A DNA stretch of 64,000 bases. It comes from Nitrospinales bacterium (lineage in GTDB: Bacteria > Nitrospinota > Nitrospinia > Nitrospinales > VA-1). Where the stretch lies: NCBI GenBank assembly GCA_965223345.1, contig CBDCWG010000012.1, positions 2,016,001 through 2,080,000 on the forward strand, written 5' to 3'. Positions 1-9,101 of the stretch are shown piece after piece (within the stretch, counting starts at the first letter, position 1; every line of letters begins with the position of its first letter). The notes under the pieces are model-generated. The model saw only the letters and a list, made by a program, of their open reading frames with translations, searched no databases and had not been told where the DNA came from. Made by a program: the position numbers and the translations under genes.

Positions 1-286
1 CATCGTCGCATCCCGTTTTTTCGCGGTTAGAGGAAACTCAAACGGGGCCTTTGTATCACTTTTCCGGTGGGTTTGTCGAGCGCTGGCGGGCGGCATCGCG
101 CGCGAATGCTGAAAAATGCGCGCAGATGACGGGGGCGGTTTGCCCCATGTTTGCCGAAAAATAACGATTTGACTCTGCGGGGCCTCTGGGGATAGAGTTG
201 ATTCGGTCGCACTGTTTTGAGGCCGGAGCCTCTTCGTTCGACGGTTCCCGCTTTAAGTTTGCTGCAAAATTTCCGCAAGGGAAGGA

Positions 287-1042
287 ATGAATTCACCCAA
301 GCCGATCGTTGCCAAAGAAAAGGATCTGCCGCGTCTGGGCACGGGGGCCTTTCTCAAGGCTTTTTTTTCCTATCCCTCGATTCCCTTCTACCTCGTTCTC
401 GCCGTCCTGACGGCGGTGTGGTCCGTGCATCTGTCGGGTGGTTTCTGGCCGCTTGCGATCGGCGTCGCGGCGGCGTTTCTCATTTATCCGATCGTCGAGT
501 ACGGCCTGCACCGTTTCATCCTGCACGGCCGATTCATGTACCGGTCGCCGCTCACGGCGTCTCTCTGGAAGCGGGTGCATTACGACCATCACAGCGACCC
601 CAACGATCCGGGCGTTTTGTTTGCGGCGGTACGTACCACGCTGCCGACCAATTTCGTGATCACGGTTCCTTTGGGCTGGCTCGTCATCGGCGGGCCGGCG
701 GGCAGTGCGGCCGGGTTTTCGGTGGGACTGTTGTGCACCTGCGTGTACGAATTCTGCCACTGTCTGCAGCATTTCAACTACACGCCCAAATCGGCTTATC
801 TTCGCAATATCAAAAAACTCCACCTCGCGCATCATTTTCACAACGAGCGGGGCAATTTCGGGATCACCTCGTTCTTTCTCGACAAATGGCTGGGAACCTA
901 TTATCCGGGAACGGAGACGGCTTCCCGCAGCCCCACGGTGTTCAACCTGGGTTACACCGGTGAAGAGGTGAAACGTTTTCCGTGGGTGGCGCGTCTGTCG
1001 GGAACCGCCGACGCCGCGGACTCGGTGCAAAAACCATCTTGA
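287..1042 (+). CDS. Fatty acid hydroxylase / sterol desaturase family membrane enzyme (FA2H/Scs7-like)
   Basis: Four His boxes HRFILH, HYDHH, HCLQH, HLAHH; C-terminal NFGITS motif; hydrophobic helices; GGAAGGA RBS before ATG. Confidence 0.85.
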   Translation: MNSPKPIVAKEKDLPRLGTGAFLKAFFSYPSIPFYLVLAVLTAVWSVHLSGGFWPLAIGVAAAFLIYPIVEYGLHRFILHGRFMYRSPLTASLWKRVHYDHHSDPNDPGVLFAAVRTTLPTNFVITVPLGWLVIGGPAGSAAGFSVGLLCTCVYEFCHCLQHFNYTPKSAYLRNIKKLHLAHHFHNERGNFGITSFFLDKWLGTYYPGTETASRSPTVFNLGYTGEEVKRFPWVARLSGTADAADSVQKPS

Positions 1043-1082
1043 GCGGACCGCGCCCGGTCCGCGTTCGTCATTTCCATCGCCT

Positions 1083-2117
1083 ATGAAATCCATCGTCCTC
1101 GTGCGTCACGGTCCTTCGCAAAACGCGTTCGAAATCCGTGAAGGCAATTCACCCACACCCGGAGAGGGAGAAGTGCGCATCGCTGTGCAGGTCTCCGGAC
1201 TCAATTTTGCGGATGTGCTCGCCCGTATGGGCCTTTATCCGGACGCCCCGCCGCTGCCCTGCGTGCTGGGATACGATGTGGTGGGCACGGTGGATGCGGC
1301 CGGCGCGGGGGTGGAAAAGATCAAGCCGGGGGACCGGGTGGTGGCGTTCACCCGCTTCGGGGGCTACGCGTCGCACGTGGTGGCGCATGCGGAGGCGGTG
1401 GCGCTGATCCCGGAGGACATGGCGGCGGGCGCGGCGGCGGCTCTGGCGACGCAGTACTGCACGGCGTGGTACGCCTCGGATGAAATGGTGCGGCTGCATC
1501 CCGGCGACCGGGTGCTCGTGCAGGCGGCGGCGGGCGGTGTGGGGCAGGCGCTGGTGCAGATGGCGAAACGGCGGGGCTGCATCGTGTTCGGCACGGCGGG
1601 CTCGAAAGAAAAACTCCAGCTTCTGGCCGAGCTGGGCGTGGATCACCCGATCCATTACCGCGAGCGGGATTTTGAGACCGAGGTGCGCCGGGTTCTCGGC
1701 GAACAGGGGCTCGATGTGGTGTTCGATTCGATCGGCGGCAAGGCGTTTCGCAAGGGACGCCGCTTGCTGGCTCCGGGCGGGCGCATGGTGTCTTTCGGGA
1801 TCGCCCAGGCGATGGGCGCGACGCGCGATCCGTTCCGCATCCTGCGAACGGCGCTGGGTTTCGGCCTGCTACTTCCAATTCCCCTGCTCACGAAATCCCA
1901 GGGGGTGATCGGCGTCAACATGCTGCGCATCGCGGAGGAAAAACCGAAACTCCTGCGCCACTGCCTGCAGGCGGTGGTGTCGCTGGCGGTGAAGGACGAG
2001 TTGAATCCCCGCGTGGGTGCGGTGTTCCCGGCCGAACAGGTGGCCGAGGCGCATGACTTTCTCGGCAACCGCAAATCGACCGGGAAAGTCGTCCTCGAAT
2101 GGAGCTCCGGCGGCTGA
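1083..2117 (+). CDS. MDR-family NADPH:quinone oxidoreductase-like protein (VAT-1-like)
   Basis: GLNFADV..R.GLYP, AAAGGVG nucleotide-binding motif, C-terminal STGKVVL; no zinc-ligand Cys cluster. Confidence 0.85.
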   Translation: MKSIVLVRHGPSQNAFEIREGNSPTPGEGEVRIAVQVSGLNFADVLARMGLYPDAPPLPCVLGYDVVGTVDAAGAGVEKIKPGDRVVAFTRFGGYASHVVAHAEAVALIPEDMAAGAAAALATQYCTAWYASDEMVRLHPGDRVLVQAAAGGVGQALVQMAKRRGCIVFGTAGSKEKLQLLAELGVDHPIHYRERDFETEVRRVLGEQGLDVVFDSIGGKAFRKGRRLLAPGGRMVSFGIAQAMGATRDPFRILRTALGFGLLLPIPLLTKSQGVIGVNMLRIAEEKPKLLRHCLQAVVSLAVKDELNPRVGAVFPAEQVAEAHDFLGNRKSTGKVVLEWSSGG

Positions 2118-2121
2118 GCCG

Positions 2122-2562
2122 CTATTTCCGGCCTTCCTCCAGATCGATCAGGTCCACCCAGGTGCCGATGTCGGCGCGGTACGGGTTCAACTTGTCCAAC
2201 TGCTCGATGAAATAATCCATGCTTTCACCCGGTTCGGGGCTGTGGCCGATGAAACGGATGTTGAACAGTTTGCGGTCGCGTTCGGAACGTTTCTGCGTCT
2301 GCTCCAGCGCCCACTCGGAAATCCGGTCGTCGTCCTGCACGGCGGCGCGGCCGGCGAATGCTTCCGCATCCACATTCAGAAACTGCAGAACTTTATGGTC
2401 GAGCGGGCAGGGGTAGACGTACTCTCCCAGCTGTCCCTGTTTGTAGGCGCGGGCTTTGTCCGTCATGCGCGGAAGATGCAGGATGCCGGCCATGACCTCG
2501 CGCGGGCTGCGCGGCGCCTGCCGGTTCAAGTCGAGATGGGGGATGGTTGCTGTGGTGGTCAT
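2122..2562 (-). CDS. DUF5069 domain protein
   Basis: PRSPRE..AGILHLPRMTDKARA..GEYVYPCPLD and terminal DLIDLEEGR signatures; AGGAG RBS. Confidence 0.75.
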   Translation of the reverse strand: MTTTATIPHLDLNRQAPRSPREVMAGILHLPRMTDKARAYKQGQLGEYVYPCPLDHKVLQFLNVDAEAFAGRAAVQDDDRISEWALEQTQKRSERDRKLFNIRFIGHSPEPGESMDYFIEQLDKLNPYRADIGTWVDLIDLEEGRK

Positions 2563-2625
2563 TGCGTTCTCCTTTTGGAAAAATGGTTCAACGGCGATCG
2601 CGCCGCGGATTTGTGATCTGGGGTT

Positions 2626-3375
2626 TCAAACCGGCAGCATCTGGCCGATCTGTTTTTCCTGCGATTTGGCGTCGCTCCAGTAATCCTTTTCAAACTGCAT
2701 CGCCATCGGATCGATGAAGATGTCTTCCTTGCCGGTTTCGATGGCATCCAGCGTCTTGTGCGCGACTTCTGCAGGCGCGGTTTTTTCCAGGAGCAAATCC
2801 TTCGCCATGTCGGTGTCGATGGGGCCGGGGTAGAGGCCGAGAACCTTTGTTCCCTGTCCGGCGAGTTCCGCCCGCACGCCCTGGGTCTGCGAATGCAGCG
2901 CGGCCTTGGACGCGCTGTAGGAGCCGAGCGCCGGAAAATTGGTCAGGCTGGCCACTGAGAGCACGTTCAGCAGCACGCCGCCGCCGTTTTTCTTGAGGAT
3001 GGGGGCGAACGCCCGGCTCATGGCCAGGGTGCCGAAATAGTTGACTTCCATTTCCTGCCGCGCCGCGTCCAGGCTGTCGGCGGCGATCAGGCCCTGAAAC
3101 TTCGCGATGCCGGCGTTGTTGATGAGCAGGTTGACATCGCCCGCCTTCTGCGTTGCCGCCTGAACCTGTTCCGGCTGCGCGATGTCCAGCCCCAGCGGCA
3201 CGACGCGGTCAGCCTGCGATTCCAGCCATTGGGATGCGCTGCGTTTGTAGGACTCCATATCGCGAACGCCGGCGTACACTTTCTGCGCACCCCGCTCGAT
3301 GAGCGCGGAAACCAGCGCCTTGCCGATGCCGCGGTTGGAACCTGTGACCAGTGCGATGCTGTCCTGGATTTTCAT
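2626..3375 (-). CDS. Short-chain dehydrogenase/reductase
   Basis: TGSNRGIG, NNAG and YSASK catalytic motifs. Confidence 0.9.
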   Translation of the reverse strand: MKIQDSIALVTGSNRGIGKALVSALIERGAQKVYAGVRDMESYKRSASQWLESQADRVVPLGLDIAQPEQVQAATQKAGDVNLLINNAGIAKFQGLIAADSLDAARQEMEVNYFGTLAMSRAFAPILKKNGGGVLLNVLSVASLTNFPALGSYSASKAALHSQTQGVRAELAGQGTKVLGLYPGPIDTDMAKDLLLEKTAPAEVAHKTLDAIETGKEDIFIDPMAMQFEKDYWSDAKSQEKQIGQMLPV

Positions 3376-3402
3376 GATCGTGTCTCCCTCGTAAGTATTT
3401 AT

Positions 3403-3424
3403 ATGTCAGTTAAGTAACTAAGTT
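3403..3424. promoter_or_regulatory. Putative TetR operator upstream of the SDR gene
   Basis: Near-palindrome ATGTCAGTTAAGTAACTAAGTT; its reverse complement matches 4006-4027 at 17/22 positions. Confidence 0.55.
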
Positions 3425-3439
3425 GTGGGGCTCAAAAAA

Positions 3440-3997
3440 TCACAGGGACCGGATCCAGCCGCCCAGTCGCTGCGCTTCCCATTCGATGGTCTTGCCGTCG
3501 TTCAGGGCGCTGGCGACGGTGGCTGCCCCTTGCAGTGCGGCGATGAGCTGGATGCCGAGTTTTTTTGCGTCTTTTTGCCCCATAGCCTGGAACTGTTCGG
3601 TCACCCATTTCAACTGGTGCTTGAGCAGGCTGTCGGCTTTTTTCGCCAGCGGGGTTTTCTCCTTGTCCAGTTCCTGGCACAGGCTTCCCACCGGGCAGCC
3701 GTATTTGCGGGTCTGGTTTTTGTGCTGCAGGAAAAGCTCGAGAAATTGAAGCAGGCGGTCTTTCGGGTTGTCGATCTCCTGCCAGGCTTTGGCCCTGGCG
3801 TTGAAATGCTCCAGCCTTTTGTCGATGACCGCCGTGGCGAGGTCGTCCTTGGTCTTGAAGTAATAATAGACGTTTCCCAGGGGCACGCCGGAGTCCTGGG
3901 CGATGTCCGCCAGCGAGGTCTGGTTGAACCCGGCCTGGTGGAACAGTTTCCCGGCGGCCTCGATCAGCTTTTCCCGTTTGTCGATGGTTTTGGGCAT
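3440..3997 (-). CDS. TetR/AcrR family transcriptional regulator
   Basis: N-terminal HTH (AGFNQTSLADIA..SGVPLGNVYYYFKTKDDL); GCPVG in the C-terminal domain. Confidence 0.92.
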   Translation of the reverse strand: MPKTIDKREKLIEAAGKLFHQAGFNQTSLADIAQDSGVPLGNVYYYFKTKDDLATAVIDKRLEHFNARAKAWQEIDNPKDRLLQFLELFLQHKNQTRKYGCPVGSLCQELDKEKTPLAKKADSLLKHQLKWVTEQFQAMGQKDAKKLGIQLIAALQGAATVASALNDGKTIEWEAQRLGGWIRSL

Positions 3998-4005
3998 GGC
4001 TCAAA

Positions 4006-4029
4006 AATTAAGTTAATCAACTGACTTAA
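4006..4029. promoter_or_regulatory. Putative TetR autoregulatory operator
   Basis: Imperfect palindrome TTAAGTTAATCAACTGACTTAA just upstream of the tetR start; similar to the 3403-3424 site. Confidence 0.55.
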
Positions 4030-4070
4030 TGATAGGGCGCGGCATCCGGTTTGTCAAGCCGCGGGCGCCT

Positions 4071-4337
4071 TTAATTTTCGGACATCTCGCTTCGTTTCCA
4101 AAGATAATGTAAAACCCCCTGATAAATCAAAGCGATCGGGCTTGAGAAAAACAGCCAGAGCGGCCACAGGTTGGAGCCGGAGAGCAAGGCGTAGAGTGTG
4201 ATCAACAGAACGAGCGCCATCAAGCCCGCTGAAACCAGGGAGGCTTTTCTCCAGCCGCCCTGCATGTTCTTCAGGCTGTGCCATTGCACGTAGAGGTAAG
4301 CGAACACCATCAGATAAAAAAAGGTGATCATGAACAT
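4071..4337 (-). CDS. Small hypothetical membrane protein (about 3 TM)
   Basis: CAGGAG RBS before ATG at 4337; three hydrophobic segments. Confidence 0.6.
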   Translation of the reverse strand: MFMITFFYLMVFAYLYVQWHSLKNMQGGWRKASLVSAGLMALVLLITLYALLSGSNLWPLWLFFSSPIALIYQGVLHYLWKRSEMSEN

Positions 4338-4383
4338 GAAAGGCTCCTGAATCGATAGCATTCCCGCCCTATGCGGGATGGGT

Positions 4384-4800
4384 TCAAGGGTTTACGGTGA
4401 TGAACCACTTGGGCCGCATGCGGCCCAAGTCCGTGCGCCGGTTGTGCTTCAGTGTTTTTTTGGGGTCGAGGACGCAGCTTTTGCCGTTCTCGCGCACGAA
4501 AACGGTCCAGTGCCAGCAGGCGACGCCGTTTTCCCGATGCCATTTGATGGCGAGCAGCGCGCGCTCGGGCAGTTTTTCCCAGCCTGTGAACGGCGTTTGC
4601 CGCTGTGCGGTTTTTATTTTCAGATGGGCGAGCAGCCTGTGCATCGGTTGGGTGTCCGACCACAGCGCGGGATCGCGCGGGGAAATCCCCAGATCCTTTG
4701 CGGCCTGTTTCGCCTTTGTGTAGGAAATCCCCGCCAGCATCGCGGCGCAGGCGATGCCGCAGCCTGTGGTTTCCTGCTGAACCACGAGCCGGGGTTTCAT
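4384..4800 (-). CDS. Stand-alone peptidase C39-like protein
   Basis: QQETTGCGIACAAM (Q..C catalytic motif), HWTV, and LDP; ATGA overlap with the desaturase stop. Confidence 0.75.
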   Translation of the reverse strand: MKPRLVVQQETTGCGIACAAMLAGISYTKAKQAAKDLGISPRDPALWSDTQPMHRLLAHLKIKTAQRQTPFTGWEKLPERALLAIKWHRENGVACWHWTVFVRENGKSCVLDPKKTLKHNRRTDLGRMRPKWFITVNP

Positions 4801-5831
4801 CCCGCCGGCGCGGTCTCGGCCATCTCCTTCACGCTGTCGTTGATGGCCTCGGTTTCGAGGGAGGTCATTTTTTTCGCGGTGTTTTCCTTGTGGTCCGGGC
4901 GCACGATGCGGGTGTAGAGGCTGAAATTCTTATCGAAGATGAACTTCAGGACCACTTTGGTCCAGGAGGAATGGAAAAACAGCGTGTCGTAAAACTCCGG
5001 CGCGATCCTGCGGATTTTGGGAAGTTTGGACCAGGGCACCATCATGAAGTCGTGGTGCTCGTTGTGGTAGCCCATGTTGAAGCACAGCCGGTTCAGCGGA
5101 CCGTAGTAGGAATAGGTCTCCTGTCCGGGGTAGAACATGTAGTGCTCCTGAATCCAGCGGCCGCCCAGAGGGTGCAGGCCGAGGCCGAACAGGCAGGACA
5201 GCAGCAGGTAGATGAGCGAGCCCCAGCCGAAAAAATACCACACCAAGAGACCCGCACCGATCGACGTCACGCCGTTGGTCACGCTCCAGGGTTCGAGCAC
5301 GTTGATCTTGCCGATGCGCATGGGGCGCACGATGCCCTGCACCGCGGTGAAGAAAAGCAGGCTCAGCATTTTGCGGAACGCGCTGTTGCCCACCCACGCC
5401 GCTTCTTTGGGGCCGGCGATGTCCGCATCCCAGCCCATCTCGGCGAGGTCGCGGTGGTGCAGCAGGTGGTAGTTGCGAAAGCCGATGGCCGAAGGGAACA
5501 CGCCGGGCAGGTTGGCGATCAGGGCCAGCGCCTTGTTCCAGGCAGGCCGCTTGAACACCAGGTTGTGCGTGCATTCGTGGATGATGACATAAAGGGCGTG
5601 CTCGCACACCGCGCCCACCAGCCAGGCGCAAAGCAGGATCGCCCACCAGGCGGCGTCTTGCAGGGCGACGGCGACGCCGAATTGCAACGCGACGATGGCC
5701 AGGGTCCACAGGGCGGTGGAGGGGGTGGGGCCGAACAGCTCGCGGATCTGCGGATACTTGGCGAGGATCTCCCGGCGCCGCGCGATGTGCGGCTGGGGCG
5801 TGTTGACATGGGTGTAGTCGAATTCCGGCAT
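4797..5831 (-). CDS. Sphingolipid delta-4 desaturase / C4-hydroxylase-like (DEGS/DES1 family) membrane desaturase
   Basis: N-terminal PHIARRREILAKYPQIRELFGP (DEGS-type N-domain), HECTHNL, HLLHH, GLHPLGGRWIQEH, ETYSYYGPLN..FNMGYHNEHHDF. Confidence 0.85.
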   Translation of the reverse strand: MPEFDYTHVNTPQPHIARRREILAKYPQIRELFGPTPSTALWTLAIVALQFGVAVALQDAAWWAILLCAWLVGAVCEHALYVIIHECTHNLVFKRPAWNKALALIANLPGVFPSAIGFRNYHLLHHRDLAEMGWDADIAGPKEAAWVGNSAFRKMLSLLFFTAVQGIVRPMRIGKINVLEPWSVTNGVTSIGAGLLVWYFFGWGSLIYLLLSCLFGLGLHPLGGRWIQEHYMFYPGQETYSYYGPLNRLCFNMGYHNEHHDFMMVPWSKLPKIRRIAPEFYDTLFFHSSWTKVVLKFIFDKNFSLYTRIVRPDHKENTAKKMTSLETEAINDSVKEMAETAPAG

Positions 5832-5901
5832 CCTTGAAGTTCCGGGCAAGAGGGCGTCCCGGCTATCATACAACAAAAACCGCGCGGGATTCGTGCGGCT
5901 T

Positions 5902-6576
5902 TTATCGGGGAACGGCTTTCGCGGGGCGCAGCCGTGTTTCCTGCGCCAGCTCGTTGCGGATTTTGCGCTGAAGATTGCTCAGCAGCTTGCCCGACCAGTT
6001 TTTCGTCTGGGTGTTGAGAAACCAGGTCGGCAGCCAGCCGCCGGGATTGACCCGCATGCGCACCTGAACGCGGGTGCGCGATTTGTCATCTTTGAGGGCG
6101 GTGAGCAGAAAGTGGCTCTTGCGGATGGTGCCGCGGATCTTGCCGTCGCCGTCGAACGGGTAATCGTCGATCGAGTCCAGCGTGAGCAGGATTTCGTCGC
6201 CGCGGTCGTATTCCTGGCGCGCGTGGTAGATCAGGTAGCGGTCTTTGAACGGCCAGGCCAGTTTGTAGTGGTCGAAATCGATGCGTTCGGTGGCGGAGAT
6301 GTCTTTAAGGATCCTTTTGTTGCGCAGGCCGGGGGTGATGGAAACGGATTTCTTTACATCTTTGAGGAATTCCGCCACGGCGGCCACCGGCGCGTCGATC
6401 ACCGCGTCGTTTTCGATGATCACCCACTGCTCCTCTTCCGTCTCTTCCTTCTGCGGTTGCGGCGCTTCGGAGCCGGAGTCCATCCAGTCATCGACGAAGG
6501 ACCAGCCCGGCGCGTGGGCGAAAAGCAGACAGAACAAAACCGTGAGAAAGAGAGTGCGGGTTTTTCCAGTGGGCAT
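5902..6576 (-). CDS. START-domain lipid-binding protein with N-terminal signal peptide
   Basis: WPFKDR and NPGGWLPTWFLN START signatures; hydrophobic N-terminus ending AHA. Confidence 0.75.
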   Translation of the reverse strand: MPTGKTRTLFLTVLFCLLFAHAPGWSFVDDWMDSGSEAPQPQKEETEEEQWVIIENDAVIDAPVAAVAEFLKDVKKSVSITPGLRNKRILKDISATERIDFDHYKLAWPFKDRYLIYHARQEYDRGDEILLTLDSIDDYPFDGDGKIRGTIRKSHFLLTALKDDKSRTRVQVRMRVNPGGWLPTWFLNTQTKNWSGKLLSNLQRKIRNELAQETRLRPAKAVPR

Positions 6577-6899
6577 GGGCTTGTGTCCTTGAGCGCGGCG
6601 GGACCGCAATTGATTGAAATTTATGAATTATATTTATTAATAACTGTTGAATTCAGACTTTAATAGATTAAGAAAAAATGACCTCCGCATCAAGAAGGAA
6701 CCTGTTCTCATGCGGCCTGGACACCGCTAAGCCTGTATTTTATAAGGGTTCCATCGATCGCGTCTTTTTTAAGCCGTTTGCCGGCCTGGCTTTGGGAATG
6801 TGAAATACACATTGATTTCAATTCCTTTCCCGGCTTACACTCGCGTTTTCGCCGGGGGCACTCTCCCGCATCCATCCGCTCCGCACTCGCTTGCAACCG

Positions 6900-8024
6900 A
6901 TGCCAACCGCTGACATTCCCGAAAAACTCAAGATCGCCCTGGTCTGCGACTGGTTTCTGCCGCAGATGGGCGGCGTGGAAATGCACCTCGGCGATCTCGC
7001 CCCCAGGCTGGCGCGGGCCGGCCACAGGGTGCACGTGATCACCCCGATACCCGGCCCGCAAACCGGGGAGGGCTACCGGGTGCACCGGCTGGATGTGCCT
7101 TTGTTTCCCAAGTTCCGCTTCGTCTGCACGCGTTCGGCGTTTCGCCGCATTGCGGACATCCTGGAACGGGAGAACTTCGACGTGGTGCATTGTCACGGCA
7201 ACATCTTTTCTCCCACGGCCTACGGGACGCTGTATCTGGCGCAGAAACGCGGCATCCCGGCGCTCATCACCTGGCATTCGATTCTCGGGCCCTACCGCTG
7301 GGCGCTGCGATTTTTGGACTGGGTGTTTCGCTGGTCGCGCTGGCCGGTGCTGTTTTCCGCAGTGAGCGGCGTGGTGGCTGAGGGCGTGCGGACGCTGGTC
7401 GAGGCAGTGCACGTTCTGCCCAACGGCATGGACGTGGCCGCCTGGCGCACCGAACCGAAGGAAAGGCCGGCCGGGGTCATCCGGCTGGTCTCGGTGATGC
7501 GCCTTTACCGCAAGAAGCGGGCGAAAGCGCTGGTGGCGATGCTGCCCGGCATCGTCGCGGCGCTGCCGAAGGATCTGAGTCTCAATGTGCAGATCGTCGG
7601 CGAAGGGCCGGACCGTGCGGAACTCGCGCGTATGATCCGAAGCCTGGAGCTTGAAGACACGGTGGAACTTTTGGGACACAAGGAACGCAGCGAGATTCTC
7701 GCAATTTTCGCGCGTGCGGATCTTTACGTGCAGCCCACCATCTGGGAATCGTTCGGTCTGGCGGCGCTGGAAGCGCGCTGCGCCGGGCTGCCGGTGGTGG
7801 CGCGCTCGCAGGGCGGCGTGCGGGAGATCGTCGGGGAAGGCGGCCTGTACGGGGAAACCGACCGGGACGTGCAGGAACAGATCCTGCGTCTGATTGAAGA
7901 CGAACCCTTGCGGCGTTCCATCGCCAAGCGCAACCGGGAAACCACCCCGCCGCTGGACTGGAGCGACGTGCTGGCGCGGCACGAGGTTTTATATCGACAG
8001 GCGATCGAAAAAATTAAAACGTAA
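6900..8024 (+). CDS. Glycosyltransferase family 4 with a PIG-A/GPI3-like N-terminus
   Basis: IALVCDWFLPQMGGVEMHL..L..AGHRVHVIT; PNG; ESFGLAALE (EX7E) motif. Confidence 0.88.
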   Translation: MPTADIPEKLKIALVCDWFLPQMGGVEMHLGDLAPRLARAGHRVHVITPIPGPQTGEGYRVHRLDVPLFPKFRFVCTRSAFRRIADILERENFDVVHCHGNIFSPTAYGTLYLAQKRGIPALITWHSILGPYRWALRFLDWVFRWSRWPVLFSAVSGVVAEGVRTLVEAVHVLPNGMDVAAWRTEPKERPAGVIRLVSVMRLYRKKRAKALVAMLPGIVAALPKDLSLNVQIVGEGPDRAELARMIRSLELEDTVELLGHKERSEILAIFARADLYVQPTIWESFGLAALEARCAGLPVVARSQGGVREIVGEGGLYGETDRDVQEQILRLIEDEPLRRSIAKRNRETTPPLDWSDVLARHEVLYRQAIEKIKT

Positions 8025-8060
8025 GAGCGAGCCGGAGTGTTTGTCCGTGAGGGCTGTGCG

Positions 8061-9056
8061 TCACTCCGCCGGGGCGGCGGCGGGCTGCACGGGAGGCGCG
8101 GGGTAGAAATTGCGGAACAGCAGGATGCCGTAACCGACCACGAATTTGGGAATCAGGTAGAGGATGTGCTGGAACAGGGCCAGGCCGAGAGACAGCTCCG
8201 GCGACAGGCCGAGGTACTGGTAGATGAAAAAGACCGTCGCCTCGTAAATTCCGAGATTGCCGGGCGACACGGGCACCATGGTGGCGAGGCTGACCCCGGC
8301 CATGACGAACAGGGCGGTCCAGAACGGCAGTTCGAGCCCGAAACTTTTCTGCACGCAGTAGACCAGACCCACCTCGCCGCCCTTCATCAGCAGGGCCAGA
8401 AGCAGCCCCAGGGCGAACACTCTCCAGCTTCTGAGCGCTTCCAGATGATTGCCCCAGCGGGAAATGAAGTGCCAGAGTTTTTTCCAGCGCGGGCTCGAGT
8501 GGTTGCGCATGAAGCCTTTGAGCTGCCGGTGACGGAAGGCGCTGAAGAACAGCACCACAGCGAACAGGAAGATCACGCCGCAGGCCGCGAGGATGCCGGT
8601 TTTCATCCAGGCGGGCAGGGGGGTGAGCGTGGCCACCAGGATGAACAACGTGAGTTTGGCGAAGCCTTCTGCCAGTTGATCGAGCGCCATCACCGAAAGC
8701 GCAACCGGGGTGCCGGTCTTTTCCCGCTTGGCCAGAAGGACGATCCCCAGCGCGTGCCCGGCCAGAAACGGCAAGGTGTTCGCGGTCATGGCGATGAGGG
8801 CGTTGATCTCCAGCATGCGGCCGAAATGCACGCGGTATCCGCGGGGTAGAAACACGCTCCATTGCATCGCCCAGAATCCCAGTACGGAAAGATCCGCCAG
8901 CGCCGCCAGCACCAGCCAGCCTCCGTGGACGCTGGACCACTCCGCCAGTGCCTTGTCCCACTGGATCTGCCGCACGCAAAAGTAGATCGCCGCCGTGGCG
9001 ATCGCCCAGGCGAGAACCCAGAGCCATTTTTTGTGCGGGTGCTGTGTGAGAGACAT
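8061..9056 (-). CDS. Lysylphosphatidylglycerol-synthase TM domain / flippase-like protein (UPF0104)
   Basis: Multi-TM; ANTLPFLAG, D..AEG, PVSPGNLGIYEA signatures. Confidence 0.8.
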   Translation of the reverse strand: MSLTQHPHKKWLWVLAWAIATAAIYFCVRQIQWDKALAEWSSVHGGWLVLAALADLSVLGFWAMQWSVFLPRGYRVHFGRMLEINALIAMTANTLPFLAGHALGIVLLAKREKTGTPVALSVMALDQLAEGFAKLTLFILVATLTPLPAWMKTGILAACGVIFLFAVVLFFSAFRHRQLKGFMRNHSSPRWKKLWHFISRWGNHLEALRSWRVFALGLLLALLMKGGEVGLVYCVQKSFGLELPFWTALFVMAGVSLATMVPVSPGNLGIYEATVFFIYQYLGLSPELSLGLALFQHILYLIPKFVVGYGILLFRNFYPAPPVQPAAAPAE

Positions 9057-9101
9057 GAGGGGTGTCCGCTGCGAAAAGGCGAATCCGACCGAATCCGGCG
9101 G

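Noticed and set aside
1..286. Possible divergent gene starting at the CAT at positions 1-3, and the 27..296 minus-strand ORF
   Set aside because: Any such gene lies outside the window; the 89-aa ORF has no recognisable features and covers a probable promoter region
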